Assembly (NCBI GenBank): GCA_019057475.1
Contig: DXJO01000039.1
Coordinates: 38,640-102,639 of the forward strand
DNA: 64,000 bases
Source of the DNA: Candidatus Thorarchaeota archaeon
Lineage (GTDB): Archaea; Asgardarchaeota; Thorarchaeia; Thorarchaeales; Thorarchaeaceae
Direction: 5' to 3'
Below are positions 19,843 to 29,390 of this stretch, in pieces (position 1 is the first letter of the stretch; each line of letters begins with the position of its first letter). Under the pieces are notes generated by a model, which saw only the letters and a program-made list of their open reading frames with translations, did no database searches and was not told the DNA's origin. The translations under genes were made by a program, and so were the position numbers.

Positions 19843-20709
19843 CTACAGCATCTCAATGACTTCCCGAAGGCTATTCACCTCTAGATCAGGAGTCATATCC
19901 ATGCCATCCACATCGAATGGAATGATATCGTCCGGATTGCGCCGAACAAGAATAGTTGCGAGACCTGCTGCCTTTCCTCCAGCAATGTCTGAAGCCGGGT
20001 TATCCCCGACCATCACAGCATCGCTCATCTCGAATCCAAGAGTTTTCACTGTTTCAATCACGATTTCAGGGAGTGGTTTCCTTACCGCAATTGCCTTCAC
20101 GCCAGTGGCATGCTCAATTGCTGCGACAATTGAACCCTCGCCGATGTAGATGTCCTCGTGCCCGAGATACACCCCAGGATAGTCCTTGCTTCCGCTGATG
20201 CACAGAAGAGATGCTCCTTGATGGACCATCTTGGTCGCAAAGTTGAGACGCTGAAAGGTGAGACCCCGGTCGGCTCCAACTGCCACGTAGTCGATGGGCG
20301 GGTTGTTAGTGACATCAAGACCTCTTGCAACAAAGTCCTCTGTGGCGCCTCCCTCGCTGATTACAAAGCATCTTGCACCAGGAGACCTATTGTGAACGTA
20401 CGCTGCCGCGGCAGCACCAGCACTGAATGTATTCTTGAGGCTGACATCGAACCCCGCAGAAGCCACAGCCCCGTGAATTTGCCGTGCAGAAAGCCGTCCG
20501 GTGTTAGTCAATAACGCAAGCGTTCTACGCTTTTCCATTAGAGCATTCCAGAGAGGCAAGGCGTCGGGGAATGGCTCAGGATGTTCTACATCCTTTATGA
20601 GCGTGTTATCAACATCGAATATCCACAGATGTTTGCTACTGAAGTCCATGGCAGTCACTATCTTGCTCCAATGCGAAGCATCCACAAAAGTCTGTCTGAC
20701 GCGATGCAT
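19843..20709 (-). CDS. HAD-IIA family hydrolase (NagD-like)
   Basis: FDVDNTL, LTNT, RKP (usually GKP), MVGDNPASDIAGG. Confidence 0.88.
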   Translation of the reverse strand: MHRVRQTFVDASHWSKIVTAMDFSSKHLWIFDVDNTLIKDVEHPEPFPDALPLWNALMEKRRTLALLTNTGRLSARQIHGAVASAGFDVSLKNTFSAGAAAAAYVHNRSPGARCFVISEGGATEDFVARGLDVTNNPPIDYVAVGADRGLTFQRLNFATKMVHQGASLLCISGSKDYPGVYLGHEDIYIGEGSIVAAIEHATGVKAIAVRKPLPEIVIETVKTLGFEMSDAVMVGDNPASDIAGGKAAGLATILVRRNPDDIIPFDVDGMDMTPDLEVNSLREVIEML

Positions 20710-21060
20710 CTAGTCCTGTTCAAGAAGCGGAATCACGCAGATGAAAATGAAGGGCTGTTTCCCCTTTGTGTTGTCATACCCATGCTCAACACCGGATGGA
20801 ATGAACACGACATCATCCTTCTTTGCTATAGTACCTTCTGGAAAACCTAGGGCCTTAACCTGACCATGAAGCACGAATATCTGGTGCTCTTCATCATGTG
20901 TATGAAGTGGAATGATGCCACCAGGCTGTATCTCGAAACGTCGCATAGAGTATGTCGTGGCTCCAGTCATCTTCCCAACTAGCCAGCGCATTGTGACCTT
21001 CCTGCTGCCAGGCATTGTGATTTCACACTCTTCGCGCTCGTTGTAGTTCACAATGTACAT
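20710..21060 (-). CDS. Cupin domain protein
   Basis: PLHTHDEEHQIFVLHG...FIPSGVEHGY; GGAGGT SD before ATG 21060. Confidence 0.88.
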   Translation of the reverse strand: MYIVNYNEREECEITMPGSRKVTMRWLVGKMTGATTYSMRRFEIQPGGIIPLHTHDEEHQIFVLHGQVKALGFPEGTIAKKDDVVFIPSGVEHGYDNTKGKQPFIFICVIPLLEQD

Positions 21061-21283
21061 ACGGAAGACCTCCGATATTGCCCGGAAAGTGCCGGATGAA
21101 GCGTTGTGCTGGCTCACAATATAATAACATTAGGTTATGACCACGTGGAATGAGAGATCTATCGTGAATGCTTGGACCAGCGGCATCATCGACTCACCGC
21201 AGAAAGTTTAATCTTGGCAGCTCTCGTTTGCGAATCACCTAGAATGCAGGAGAGTTGGCCTGCAGCTGTGGATGGTACTATTC

Positions 21284-21805
21284 ATGAGTGAAGAGAACAC
21301 ATACCTTCGAGCAAAACTGACCGAAATCAACAGCTCCATCAAGGGCTTGACTGAGATGCTCAATCGGATGATTGACGTCATGTCAAAGATCAGCGAGGTA
21401 CAAGACGCAATGTCTGAAACGAAAGCCCTTGCAACTGCGAATAGCCAGAAGCTTGATGCGCTCATGGAAAAGATCGAAGGCATCACTGTGGCCGCTTCAC
21501 CTGCTGCAAGACAGGCATCAATCGCTGAGAAAGGAGCAGTTCCTTCAATGCAGATAATACTCGACACATTGGAGTCCCAAGTCAGAGAAGGAGTAATCGC
21601 AAGCGATTTATCCATGAAGATAGGCGAAACTGTTCAAACCCTTGAACGAATGCTGGGCAAGTCTGGGCCACTCATTGTAAAGATGCAGCGGTGGACACGG
21701 ATTCTCAAAACGTACGGGAGGGTTGACACCATCAGTCCCCAGGACCTCCAGAAGCTGCGCTTAGACATCAAGGACTGGGGCAAAGAGCTGGCGAAGCTGA
21801 GATAA
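21284..21805 (+). CDS. Coiled-coil protein with Vps28 C-terminal-domain-like four-helix bundle
   Basis: N-terminal heptad repeat; C-terminal IGETVQTLERM...KMQRWTRILKTYGRVDTISPQDLQKLRLDI matches the Vps28 CTD pattern by eye. Confidence 0.6.
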   Translation: MSEENTYLRAKLTEINSSIKGLTEMLNRMIDVMSKISEVQDAMSETKALATANSQKLDALMEKIEGITVAASPAARQASIAEKGAVPSMQIILDTLESQVREGVIASDLSMKIGETVQTLERMLGKSGPLIVKMQRWTRILKTYGRVDTISPQDLQKLRLDIKDWGKELAKLR

Positions 21806-22020
21806 GGCTTACACCTTCTCCTAAGCACCCGCAACAACTGATTTCCGCGTATAATCTGTTTTGGTGCCTTTGAGTGGCAAAAAACGTGATGATAATGCTT
21901 AGTTCGTGATTTGAGGGTAAAGAAGACGTTATTGTTATCAGAATGCTCAAGGCTTAATAACAGAGAATTCAGTTGCACTTGTAGAGGATTCTGCCGGGAA
22001 GCAGTGGAGTTAGACTTCAA

Positions 22021-22359
22021 ATGCTTGATGATAATTGGAAGCGCACTGTGGAGGAAACGATTGAGCGTTTCCCAGTCACGCATAGGGATACTATTCTCAA
22101 AATATGGTATGATTGGCTTGACACCGACCCTCAAGCACCATTCTATGTCAGCTGGTCAGACTTCTCATCACAGCACGACGATCAAGAGGCTCTATACACA
22201 GAAACGAGAGTCTTCCTGAAGAGAGTCGCGAATGAGCTCAGGGAGCGCGAAGTCCCACGCACTAGCTGGCAAAAAATAGCGAAAGCTCTTGCTGCCGCTG
22301 CGAGTGTACTCCTTGTCATATTCCTAGCGCTTTCGAGGGCATTTCGTGCATCAGAGTGA
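22021..22359 (+). CDS. Hypothetical tail-anchored membrane protein
   Basis: Soluble helical N-terminus, single C-terminal TM and short basic tail. Confidence 0.65.
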   Translation: MLDDNWKRTVEETIERFPVTHRDTILKIWYDWLDTDPQAPFYVSWSDFSSQHDDQEALYTETRVFLKRVANELREREVPRTSWQKIAKALAAAASVLLVIFLALSRAFRASE

Positions 22360-22434
22360 ATGCTTCTAATGATTTCTCATGAATTCAGAGCGGCCTACTT
22401 ATAACAAGATTAGACGACCCACGCTGGGGAAGCG

Positions 22435-23925
22435 ATGGAGTCAATAGTGTCAGCCCAGCCGAAAGCCATGCGCAGGCTCTTCCAGAGGGGAGCCAAGGCC
22501 ATTGAAGAATCCTCCAGAGTTCTTGCAATATCTCATATCGATACTGATGGAATCACTTCACTCGCCATTGTGATTAGCATGCTTCAAAGGGCAGAAAAGA
22601 CACTTCACTGGCAGAATATTCACCAGCTCAACTCCGAAACGATTCTTGAAGTCAAGCAGCTTGTCAAAGAGCATAAGCCCGACCTTGTGATATTTTCAGA
22701 CCTTGGTACTGGACAGATGCACTTGATAGAGGAGTACATCATCCCAGAGGACATTGAGAAGATAATCATACTGGATCATCATCTTCCATCTGATAGTCGC
22801 CAGCAGCTATCAGAGAGTTCTGAACAAGACAAGATTATTGAGATAAACCCCTGCCAACATAACATGAGTGGCAGCTATGACATTTCTGCAGCAGGGGTAT
22901 CTTTTCTTCAGGCGTATGCACTCTCGAAAGATAATGTAGACCTCAGCGAGTTGGCCATTGTCGGCGCGTCAGGTGATCTTCAGGATTACTACGGAAAGGG
23001 CTTCACTGGGTTGAACAAGGAGATAGTTAGTCTGGGAGAATCGGTAGGATGCATCCAAGTTGACAAAGACCTCACGTTCTTCGGGATAAACACAAGACCG
23101 TTGCCATTCCTGCTCGAGTATGCTACTGACCCATATCTTCCGGGAATCACTGGTGCACGCGAGGCGGTCTATTCATTCTATCAAGATCTGAAGATACCGC
23201 TCAAGACCTCAGACGACCAGTGGAGAATATGGGTTGATCTTAGTAGCGAAGAGAAGCAGAGAGTGGTTCAAGGTTTAGTCAATGTGATTCTTGAAACCTA
23301 CGAGAACCCCAAAGTTGCCACGGGAATAATAGGAGAGGTCATAACTCTCAAAAACAGACCGGCCAGGACTGAATTGAGCAGTTCGAAGGAGTTCTCCACT
23401 CTACTGAACGCGTGCGGAAGAAACAGGAGGGCTGAAGTTGGCGTCAAAATCTGCCTTGGTGACCAAGAGGCGCTCCTAGAAGGACGCACGCTTCTGAAAC
23501 AGCATAGGATGAATTTGGCAACAGCTTTGCGTAGGCTGGAATCAGAAGGCTACGAAGAGAAGCCTGGCATGTATGTTGTAAACGACCCACAGACTCAAGA
23601 CACCATTGTGGGCATTGTCATTGGGATGGCGCAAGGCTCTCGGATTGTGCCAGCGGATAGACCAGTGATTGGCGTGAGCACGAATACCACCGATGAAGGG
23701 CCAAGAGTCAAGGTTTCAGGCCGGTGTCGAAGATCCTTGGTGAAGAAAGGCATCAACCTGAAGGAAACATTCACTGAAGTTGGGGAGTACTTGAACGAAC
23801 AACATGACTCGCTAATCGTAGAAGCTGGAGGACATCCCATGGCAGCAGGGGCATTTGTTCACCAAGATCACTTAGATGAATTCCTGAATCGTGTTTCAGA
23901 CCTGATGGCGAAGATTCTTGGGTAG
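22435..23925 (+). CDS. DHH/DHHA1 family RecJ-like exonuclease (GAN/Cdc45-related)
   Basis: HIDTDG, FSDLG, LDHH, GDLQD, LLNACGR, GGHPMAAG. Confidence 0.9.
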   Translation: MESIVSAQPKAMRRLFQRGAKAIEESSRVLAISHIDTDGITSLAIVISMLQRAEKTLHWQNIHQLNSETILEVKQLVKEHKPDLVIFSDLGTGQMHLIEEYIIPEDIEKIIILDHHLPSDSRQQLSESSEQDKIIEINPCQHNMSGSYDISAAGVSFLQAYALSKDNVDLSELAIVGASGDLQDYYGKGFTGLNKEIVSLGESVGCIQVDKDLTFFGINTRPLPFLLEYATDPYLPGITGAREAVYSFYQDLKIPLKTSDDQWRIWVDLSSEEKQRVVQGLVNVILETYENPKVATGIIGEVITLKNRPARTELSSSKEFSTLLNACGRNRRAEVGVKICLGDQEALLEGRTLLKQHRMNLATALRRLESEGYEEKPGMYVVNDPQTQDTIVGIVIGMAQGSRIVPADRPVIGVSTNTTDEGPRVKVSGRCRRSLVKKGINLKETFTEVGEYLNEQHDSLIVEAGGHPMAAGAFVHQDHLDEFLNRVSDLMAKILG

Positions 23926-23952
23926 CTTGTCCTACGCTGTATTTTCCAGTTC

Positions 23953-24426
23953 CTAGTAGTCTTCTTTGGTCAAAGAGGCACCAATGATTCCAGGAATACC
24001 GAGCAGAGCAATGGCCACTCCAAAATCGATTCCAAGGTCAACTGCACTAGCGGAGATGGCTTCGAATGTGTACTCCACACCCTGAACAAGGATAGCAAAA
24101 CCTGCAAAGAAAAGACCAACGCAGACCAAGGAAACAACGATCATTCGCTTCCAATCCTTTGAGATAAGACCCGAAATGAAACCAGCCACTCCAAGGGCAA
24201 CGATTGGAGCGTAAGCTGCTTCGTCTCTCGCGAGGGTGTAAGGGCGCATCAATCCTTGGAACAATGCGGCTCCATATACTTTCAACGTGAGGATTATATC
24301 CCCGGAATCTGCAATCAATTGGATTTCCACCAAGCTCAAGCCCACAATCTGAAAAGCGCCGATGATTATCGCGGCAGACAGGGCGATTAGCAATGCAATG
24401 GTTGTTCTGAACATTTTCTCATGCAC
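23953..24426 (-). CDS. Hypothetical membrane protein
   Basis: 157 aa, ~4 TM helices. Confidence 0.72.
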   Translation of the reverse strand: MHEKMFRTTIALLIALSAAIIIGAFQIVGLSLVEIQLIADSGDIILTLKVYGAALFQGLMRPYTLARDEAAYAPIVALGVAGFISGLISKDWKRMIVVSLVCVGLFFAGFAILVQGVEYTFEAISASAVDLGIDFGVAIALLGIPGIIGASLTKEDY

Positions 24427-24527
24427 ATCCTATATCAAGCACGAATCTGTCTTAGGGGATGCAGGAGTCCCTCTGAGCTCTTATATCTCTTGGCAGCCTG
24501 CTCAAGGATACCCCCGATATAGAACAG

Positions 24528-24992
24528 CTAGTCACGACTGGTCAATGATAGCATTCTTTCACGTGATTTTTCAAGAAGTCCCAAAATCTGTATCGGCATC
24601 TCTCCTACTGGCAGTGAGTCAAGCGGGAACCAAGTCACTTCCGCGGCTGGAGTTTCCGGTCGAGTTTCCATCGTCAAGCCCCGTGCAAGATAATGGTTCA
24701 AGAGATAATGATACTCTACACGCCCCTCTGAATCGAGAGTTACAAGGTCAGCCGTGGAAACGAGCTCTAGGACTTCACACTGTACTCCGGTCTCCTCCAT
24801 AACCTCCCTCACAACTGCTTCCTTCTGCGTTTCGCCCAACTCAACCGCGCCGCCAGGAATGCTCCAGAGCCCCTTGCCAGGTTCCTTATCACGACGCAAA
24901 AGAAGAAGACCAGCAGGTCCAACCACGATAGCTCCGACACCGGGGATTGGATGACTGGGATACCTGCGATTATCCACATGCGGCACCATCAC
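24528..24992 (-). CDS. NUDIX hydrolase
   Basis: Nudix box GGAVELGETQKEAVVREVMEETG. Confidence 0.92.
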   Translation of the reverse strand: MMVPHVDNRRYPSHPIPGVGAIVVGPAGLLLLRRDKEPGKGLWSIPGGAVELGETQKEAVVREVMEETGVQCEVLELVSTADLVTLDSEGRVEYHYLLNHYLARGLTMETRPETPAAEVTWFPLDSLPVGEMPIQILGLLEKSRERMLSLTSRD

Positions 24993-25002
24993 TATTCGTT
25001 AA

Positions 25003-26169
25003 TCAGTAGATCGCGAGACTTGCCGGCATTGGCATGGCTTGGCCACACTTCTCGCAGGTCCGGGACTCTGATAGGTCGAAGTAGTGACCGTTCTGATAAG
25101 GTATTCTCATGTCCAGCCCACAAGACGCGCAGTGAATCTTCACGTACCGTCTCAAATCAAATGAAATGCCCCAAGCATGTTCAGCATCATCGGTTTTGCC
25201 CAACTGAGTGTATACGTTGGCCAATGCAATCCATGGAGACGCCGAGCCGGCATCATCCAAAGTCCCACGCACTAGACAGTCAACTATTTCGTCATTCCAA
25301 GCCAGATGATTGTAGACATAGTAGAGAGCACACCACCCCTGCGGTATGTCGACTATCGCATCTTCGGTTTTTCTGATGTACTCATCACGCGCTTCGCTAT
25401 TGCCAGCTCTGTGGGCGAGAACAGCAAGTCTGGCCAATACAGGAGCATCAGGGGAGTCACCATCAGCCATTGCCTGCAATATCTTTAGAGCTGCTTCATC
25501 TTCTTCCCGCTGCATATGCAGCTCGCTGCGAAGAATCTTCGGTCGATTATCTTGGTCATCAAGCTTGCTAGCATGAGCCACAAATGGGTGCGCCTCATTG
25601 TAGAGTCCTTGAAGCAAGAGGTCGTGTGCACAGCTCACGGCAGCCATTAGTGAGTCCGGACGAAGAGCATGCGCCTTGGTCCATTCCTCGGTTGAGGCTG
25701 TGTAGTCGCCAAGTCTGTGCAGACTCAATGCGGAAAGAGTTCTCAAAGCGGCATCCCGAGGAAATCGTTCAAGCCCCTCCTCAGCAACATGAATGACAGC
25801 AGCATACTCCTGCTTAGCAACGAGGACATTCGCAAGATCGCGCCATGCATCTTGAGCTCGAGGGTCGAGTCGAACAGCTCTTCTAAGCTCAGTTTCAGCT
25901 TCATGAAGATGACCTAGAGCCTTCAAAGCTCTACCTAGGAAAAGGGCCAGGACTGAATGTTCTTCAACCAGCTCGCCAGCTTTCCGCAGCACATCGACAG
26001 CCTTTGCAGGCGTTTCTGTCTGCACATAGGCAATGCCAAGATAAACCAAAACATCGGGGTTCTCATTTTCGAGCTCCGCCAACTTTTCAAGGAGCTTCAC
26101 CGCTTCATCGAAGCGCCCTTCTTCTAGTGCTTCCAACGCAAGACTGAGGTCTTCGTCATTCACGTCCAA
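25003..26169 (-). CDS. TPR-repeat protein with C-terminal Zn ribbon
   Basis: Repeated 34-aa TPR pattern; C-terminal CASC...CEKC. Confidence 0.82.
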   Translation of the reverse strand: MDVNDEDLSLALEALEEGRFDEAVKLLEKLAELENENPDVLVYLGIAYVQTETPAKAVDVLRKAGELVEEHSVLALFLGRALKALGHLHEAETELRRAVRLDPRAQDAWRDLANVLVAKQEYAAVIHVAEEGLERFPRDAALRTLSALSLHRLGDYTASTEEWTKAHALRPDSLMAAVSCAHDLLLQGLYNEAHPFVAHASKLDDQDNRPKILRSELHMQREEDEAALKILQAMADGDSPDAPVLARLAVLAHRAGNSEARDEYIRKTEDAIVDIPQGWCALYYVYNHLAWNDEIVDCLVRGTLDDAGSASPWIALANVYTQLGKTDDAEHAWGISFDLRRYVKIHCASCGLDMRIPYQNGHYFDLSESRTCEKCGQAMPMPASLAIY

Positions 26170-26277
26170 TCATTGCTCCTCTACGGGCCTGAGATGACTT
26201 CTGCTGACCGATAGGGCCATCCGAGGCGATGCGTTTCTCCGCACGCTGGTTATAAGTACCTCTCGTTATGGCAAAGA

Positions 26278-27126
26278 TTGGTTGTTATGAAATACGCAAC
26301 TCCATTCCAAATGCTCCATGCAGCAAGTCTTCTGAGCCATAGGTCACGCTTAAGCAAATTCCAGCGTGCACTTCAGGAGATCGTGCGACCAGAATCACGT
26401 GTTGTGGACATTGGAACGGGAACTGGTGTTCTGGCCCTTATTGCCGCCAGAGCAGGAGCGAAATCTGTTACTGCAGTAGATGTGAATAGAGAATCCTTAA
26501 ACTACGCAAGAAAAGCCGCAGAAATTAATGGTCTTTCTCAAAATATAAGCTTCGTTGAATCCCACTTTGAAGACTATGTGCCTGAAGAGCAAGCGGACAT
26601 TGTTGTCTGTGAAATGCTATCCTCGATGCTACTAGTTGAACAACAAGTGCCAGCCTGCGCTCATGCAGCCAAGAGAATATTGAAGCCTGGTGGAATCATT
26701 TTGCCTGCAAGCGCTTCAGTGTACGCTGTGCTTGTCGAATGCCATTCGCTATTGGGACGCTTCACTCTTTTTGACTTGGAATTTCCCAAGGTACCGCAGA
26801 CGCTTGGAAAAGGTGATGCTAAAGATCTGTCCGATGCCGTTTTGGTCGCGAAGTTCGACTTCAGCACACCGGATGTTCCTGCCGAAGTCGATGAGATGCT
26901 CGAGTATACAATTATTGAGGATGGCGTGTTGCACGGTCTTGTTGGCTTCTTCAAAGCGCAGCTGTACGAGGACATCACTCTTGGTATGGATGATGGGTGG
27001 AGAGAACTCTTTCTTCCACTAGCCGAGCCCGTTGAGGTCTCCAAGGGAGCCAGAGTTTCCGTTCAACTCCGGTTCAAACCGGATGAGTTTGATTCATTGA
27101 AACTCGGCAGACCCATTCTTAGTTAG
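26278..27126 (+). CDS. PRMT-like class I SAM-dependent methyltransferase
   Basis: VVDIGTGTG, double-E loop CEMLSSMLLVE, LKPGGIILP, C-terminal beta-barrel HGLVGFF..GWRELFLPL. Confidence 0.8.
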   Translation: MVVMKYATPFQMLHAASLLSHRSRLSKFQRALQEIVRPESRVVDIGTGTGVLALIAARAGAKSVTAVDVNRESLNYARKAAEINGLSQNISFVESHFEDYVPEEQADIVVCEMLSSMLLVEQQVPACAHAAKRILKPGGIILPASASVYAVLVECHSLLGRFTLFDLEFPKVPQTLGKGDAKDLSDAVLVAKFDFSTPDVPAEVDEMLEYTIIEDGVLHGLVGFFKAQLYEDITLGMDDGWRELFLPLAEPVEVSKGARVSVQLRFKPDEFDSLKLGRPILS

Positions 27127-27437
27127 CCTGTTACTTTGCGATCCATATCTTCCGAACGGTCCAGCTCGAAGACGACAGGATTGTGAGGGTCAGGACACGC
27201 ATGTAGCTCCTTGCATTGGTCTTTGAGCCATGGGAAGTATGAGTTATGCATCATGGCATATGCGACTGGAAGCATTGTGAATAGGGCATTGATGCATATG
27301 TCACCTTTCACCCCAAAGTGGTCAATCTCTATTTTGTCGCCCACCTTGTGACCGATGGCACAGTAGCCCTTCTGGCTTATCACTTTGGCAATAATTTTCC
27401 TTGGCTCCTTACCGATACACTTCTTTTCATCTGACAT
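27123..27437 (-). CDS. TIGR04076 family protein
   Basis: GYCAIGHKVGD, ICINAL, ACPDPHNPVVFEL. Confidence 0.85.
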   Translation of the reverse strand: MSDEKKCIGKEPRKIIAKVISQKGYCAIGHKVGDKIEIDHFGVKGDICINALFTMLPVAYAMMHNSYFPWLKDQCKELHACPDPHNPVVFELDRSEDMDRKVTG

Positions 27438-27540
27438 TGCAAGTCAACCCAGCAGTCCCCACGCCGCACCCTATTACTGTTCCTGACTGGTGGATTAGAA
27501 GCAAACTTTTAACGCACCTGTCGCGCTCAATAATGAGTGC

Positions 27541-28218
27541 GTGAAACACATGGAACTCAAAGGACCACTCTGTTACGTGCTGGATTGGGATGACATCTAC
27601 AGCTATGCCTTTCAGACTGCTCGGAATATCAGGAAGTCAGGCTGGAAACCCGACGCCATCGTTGGCATTGCAAGAGGGGGCTGGGTGCATGCACGAATCC
27701 AGTGCGATCTCCTCGGCGTAAAAGACCTCTTCAGCGTAAAGATCGACCACTGGGGTGTCACTGCAACAAAGGACGGAAAAGCCAAGCTATCGTGTCCCCT
27801 TGTTGGCAATATTGATGGAAAACGCGTTCTCATTGTAGACGACATAACTGACACTGGTCAGAGTCTAACCACGGCGGTCAACCATGTCAAGGAAGTGGGT
27901 GACCCCAGCGATGTGAAGACGGCAGCCCTGCTACACATTGTTGGTTCCAAGTTCGTGCCCGACTACTACGGCTTGGAAATCTCGTGGGCATGGGAGATAT
28001 GGCCATGGAACTTCTACGAGGACTTGACAGCACTTATCACCAAGATCTTTGAGGGGGAAGAAACGACTGAGCTTGGCACTCAGGAAGTCAAGAAGTGTCT
28101 CCGAGAGTACAATAATATCGTCTTGTCCGATGAACAGCTCTCGAAGATCAAATCGCACTTGGGATTCCTTGGCAAGATTGAATACCCACTAGACAAGGTG
28201 TGGCGGTTCATCAAGTAG
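27541..28218 (+). CDS. Purine phosphoribosyltransferase (type I PRT)
   Basis: GIARGG, PRPP loop VLIVDDITDTGQSL, WEIWPW. Confidence 0.9.
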   Translation: MKHMELKGPLCYVLDWDDIYSYAFQTARNIRKSGWKPDAIVGIARGGWVHARIQCDLLGVKDLFSVKIDHWGVTATKDGKAKLSCPLVGNIDGKRVLIVDDITDTGQSLTTAVNHVKEVGDPSDVKTAALLHIVGSKFVPDYYGLEISWAWEIWPWNFYEDLTALITKIFEGEETTELGTQEVKKCLREYNNIVLSDEQLSKIKSHLGFLGKIEYPLDKVWRFIK

Positions 28219-28238
28219 ACGAAGGAGATGAGCAAAGA

Positions 28239-29099
28239 ATGGCTTTCGAAGCAACATTAGCGTGTGCTCCTCTGGACAGATCTCAGAAGGAAGGATTGGA
28301 TGCACTTCTACCAGTTGAGATCGGGCTGTTCGGAGGAAGTGGGAACTACGACTCAGAGGCGATTCAAAATCCCATTGAAGTGAAGGTATTCACACCCTTT
28401 GGCGCTGCATCGGATCATTTCATTGTTGGTAAAGCCAAGGGCCGAACATTCGCCTTTCTGGCACGACATCAGAGAGGGCATACGATTCCCCCTCATGCCA
28501 TAAACTACCGTGCCAATATCTGGGGAATGAAATCACTTGGTGTCAAGAGGATTATCAGTCCAGCAGCCTGCGGGAGCCTTCAGCCAGACAGGGTTAAGCT
28601 AGGCGAATTCGTTATTGCAGATCAGATATTCGACCGGACGTTCGGACAAAGGAAGGATACATTCTTCGAGGGGGGTCCAATTGTACATCTTCCATTCGGT
28701 GAACCCTTCTGCCCTGAGCTCAGGCGGGTTGCAATTGACACAGCAGGCAAGCTCGGATACAAAGTGCATGAGAAAGGAACATACGTATGCATTAATGGTC
28801 CACGATTCTCAACCTCCGCTGAGTCGATGTTCTTCCACGGCCAAGGCTGGGAAGTGATAGGAATGACGGCGTATCCTGAGGCTGCTCTCGCGCGAGAAGC
28901 TGGTATCTGCTTTGTGAACATTTCAATGCCCACGGACTACGATGTGCATGGCGATGAACATGTCACTCACGAGAAGGTCATGCAGACCATGGCAAAGAAC
29001 ATTGAACGAGTCAGAAAACTGACCTTCGCGATGATTGAGAAGATCCCAGCAAAAGCTGGCTGCACCTGTCAGACAGCAATGAAAGGCGGTCTCTTCTAG
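28239..29099 (+). CDS. mtnP: S-methyl-5'-thioadenosine phosphorylase
   Basis: GGSG, TPFG, RH..GHTIPPH.INYRANIW, GPRFST.AES, GMT..PEA.LARE, TDYD. Confidence 0.9.
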   Translation: MAFEATLACAPLDRSQKEGLDALLPVEIGLFGGSGNYDSEAIQNPIEVKVFTPFGAASDHFIVGKAKGRTFAFLARHQRGHTIPPHAINYRANIWGMKSLGVKRIISPAACGSLQPDRVKLGEFVIADQIFDRTFGQRKDTFFEGGPIVHLPFGEPFCPELRRVAIDTAGKLGYKVHEKGTYVCINGPRFSTSAESMFFHGQGWEVIGMTAYPEAALAREAGICFVNISMPTDYDVHGDEHVTHEKVMQTMAKNIERVRKLTFAMIEKIPAKAGCTCQTAMKGGLF

Positions 29100-29390
29100 T
29101 TCAGACGGTGAAGAGGTTGGACCGTTTACGTGTGCTTTTGGCCATTAACCTTGGATACTTGGTTAATACGTCAGTAGCGCATTTCTGTCTTTGGGCTACA
29201 TCCAAGAAAAAGAGTAGGTGGCGGAAATGCCCCCAAATTATTCTATTGCAGTTTCGCTCTAGCTCTAGTAAAAATTTAAGCCTTGTATCATTCATAGCAT
29301 AATCGTGTTTATTTCCAGTTATACCGATGTCAGAGTATAGCCTTAAGGATGCGCAGGATTTTTTTTATATTCACAGGTATTTAACAAATT

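Noticed and set aside
21880-21945. C/D box sRNA (GTGATGA at ~21886)
   Set aside because: No matching CTGA D box downstream on the same strand
29101-29302. Two overlapping 64-aa ORFs on opposite strands
   Set aside because: No recognisable motif; probably chance ORFs or a remnant at the edge of the AT-rich insert
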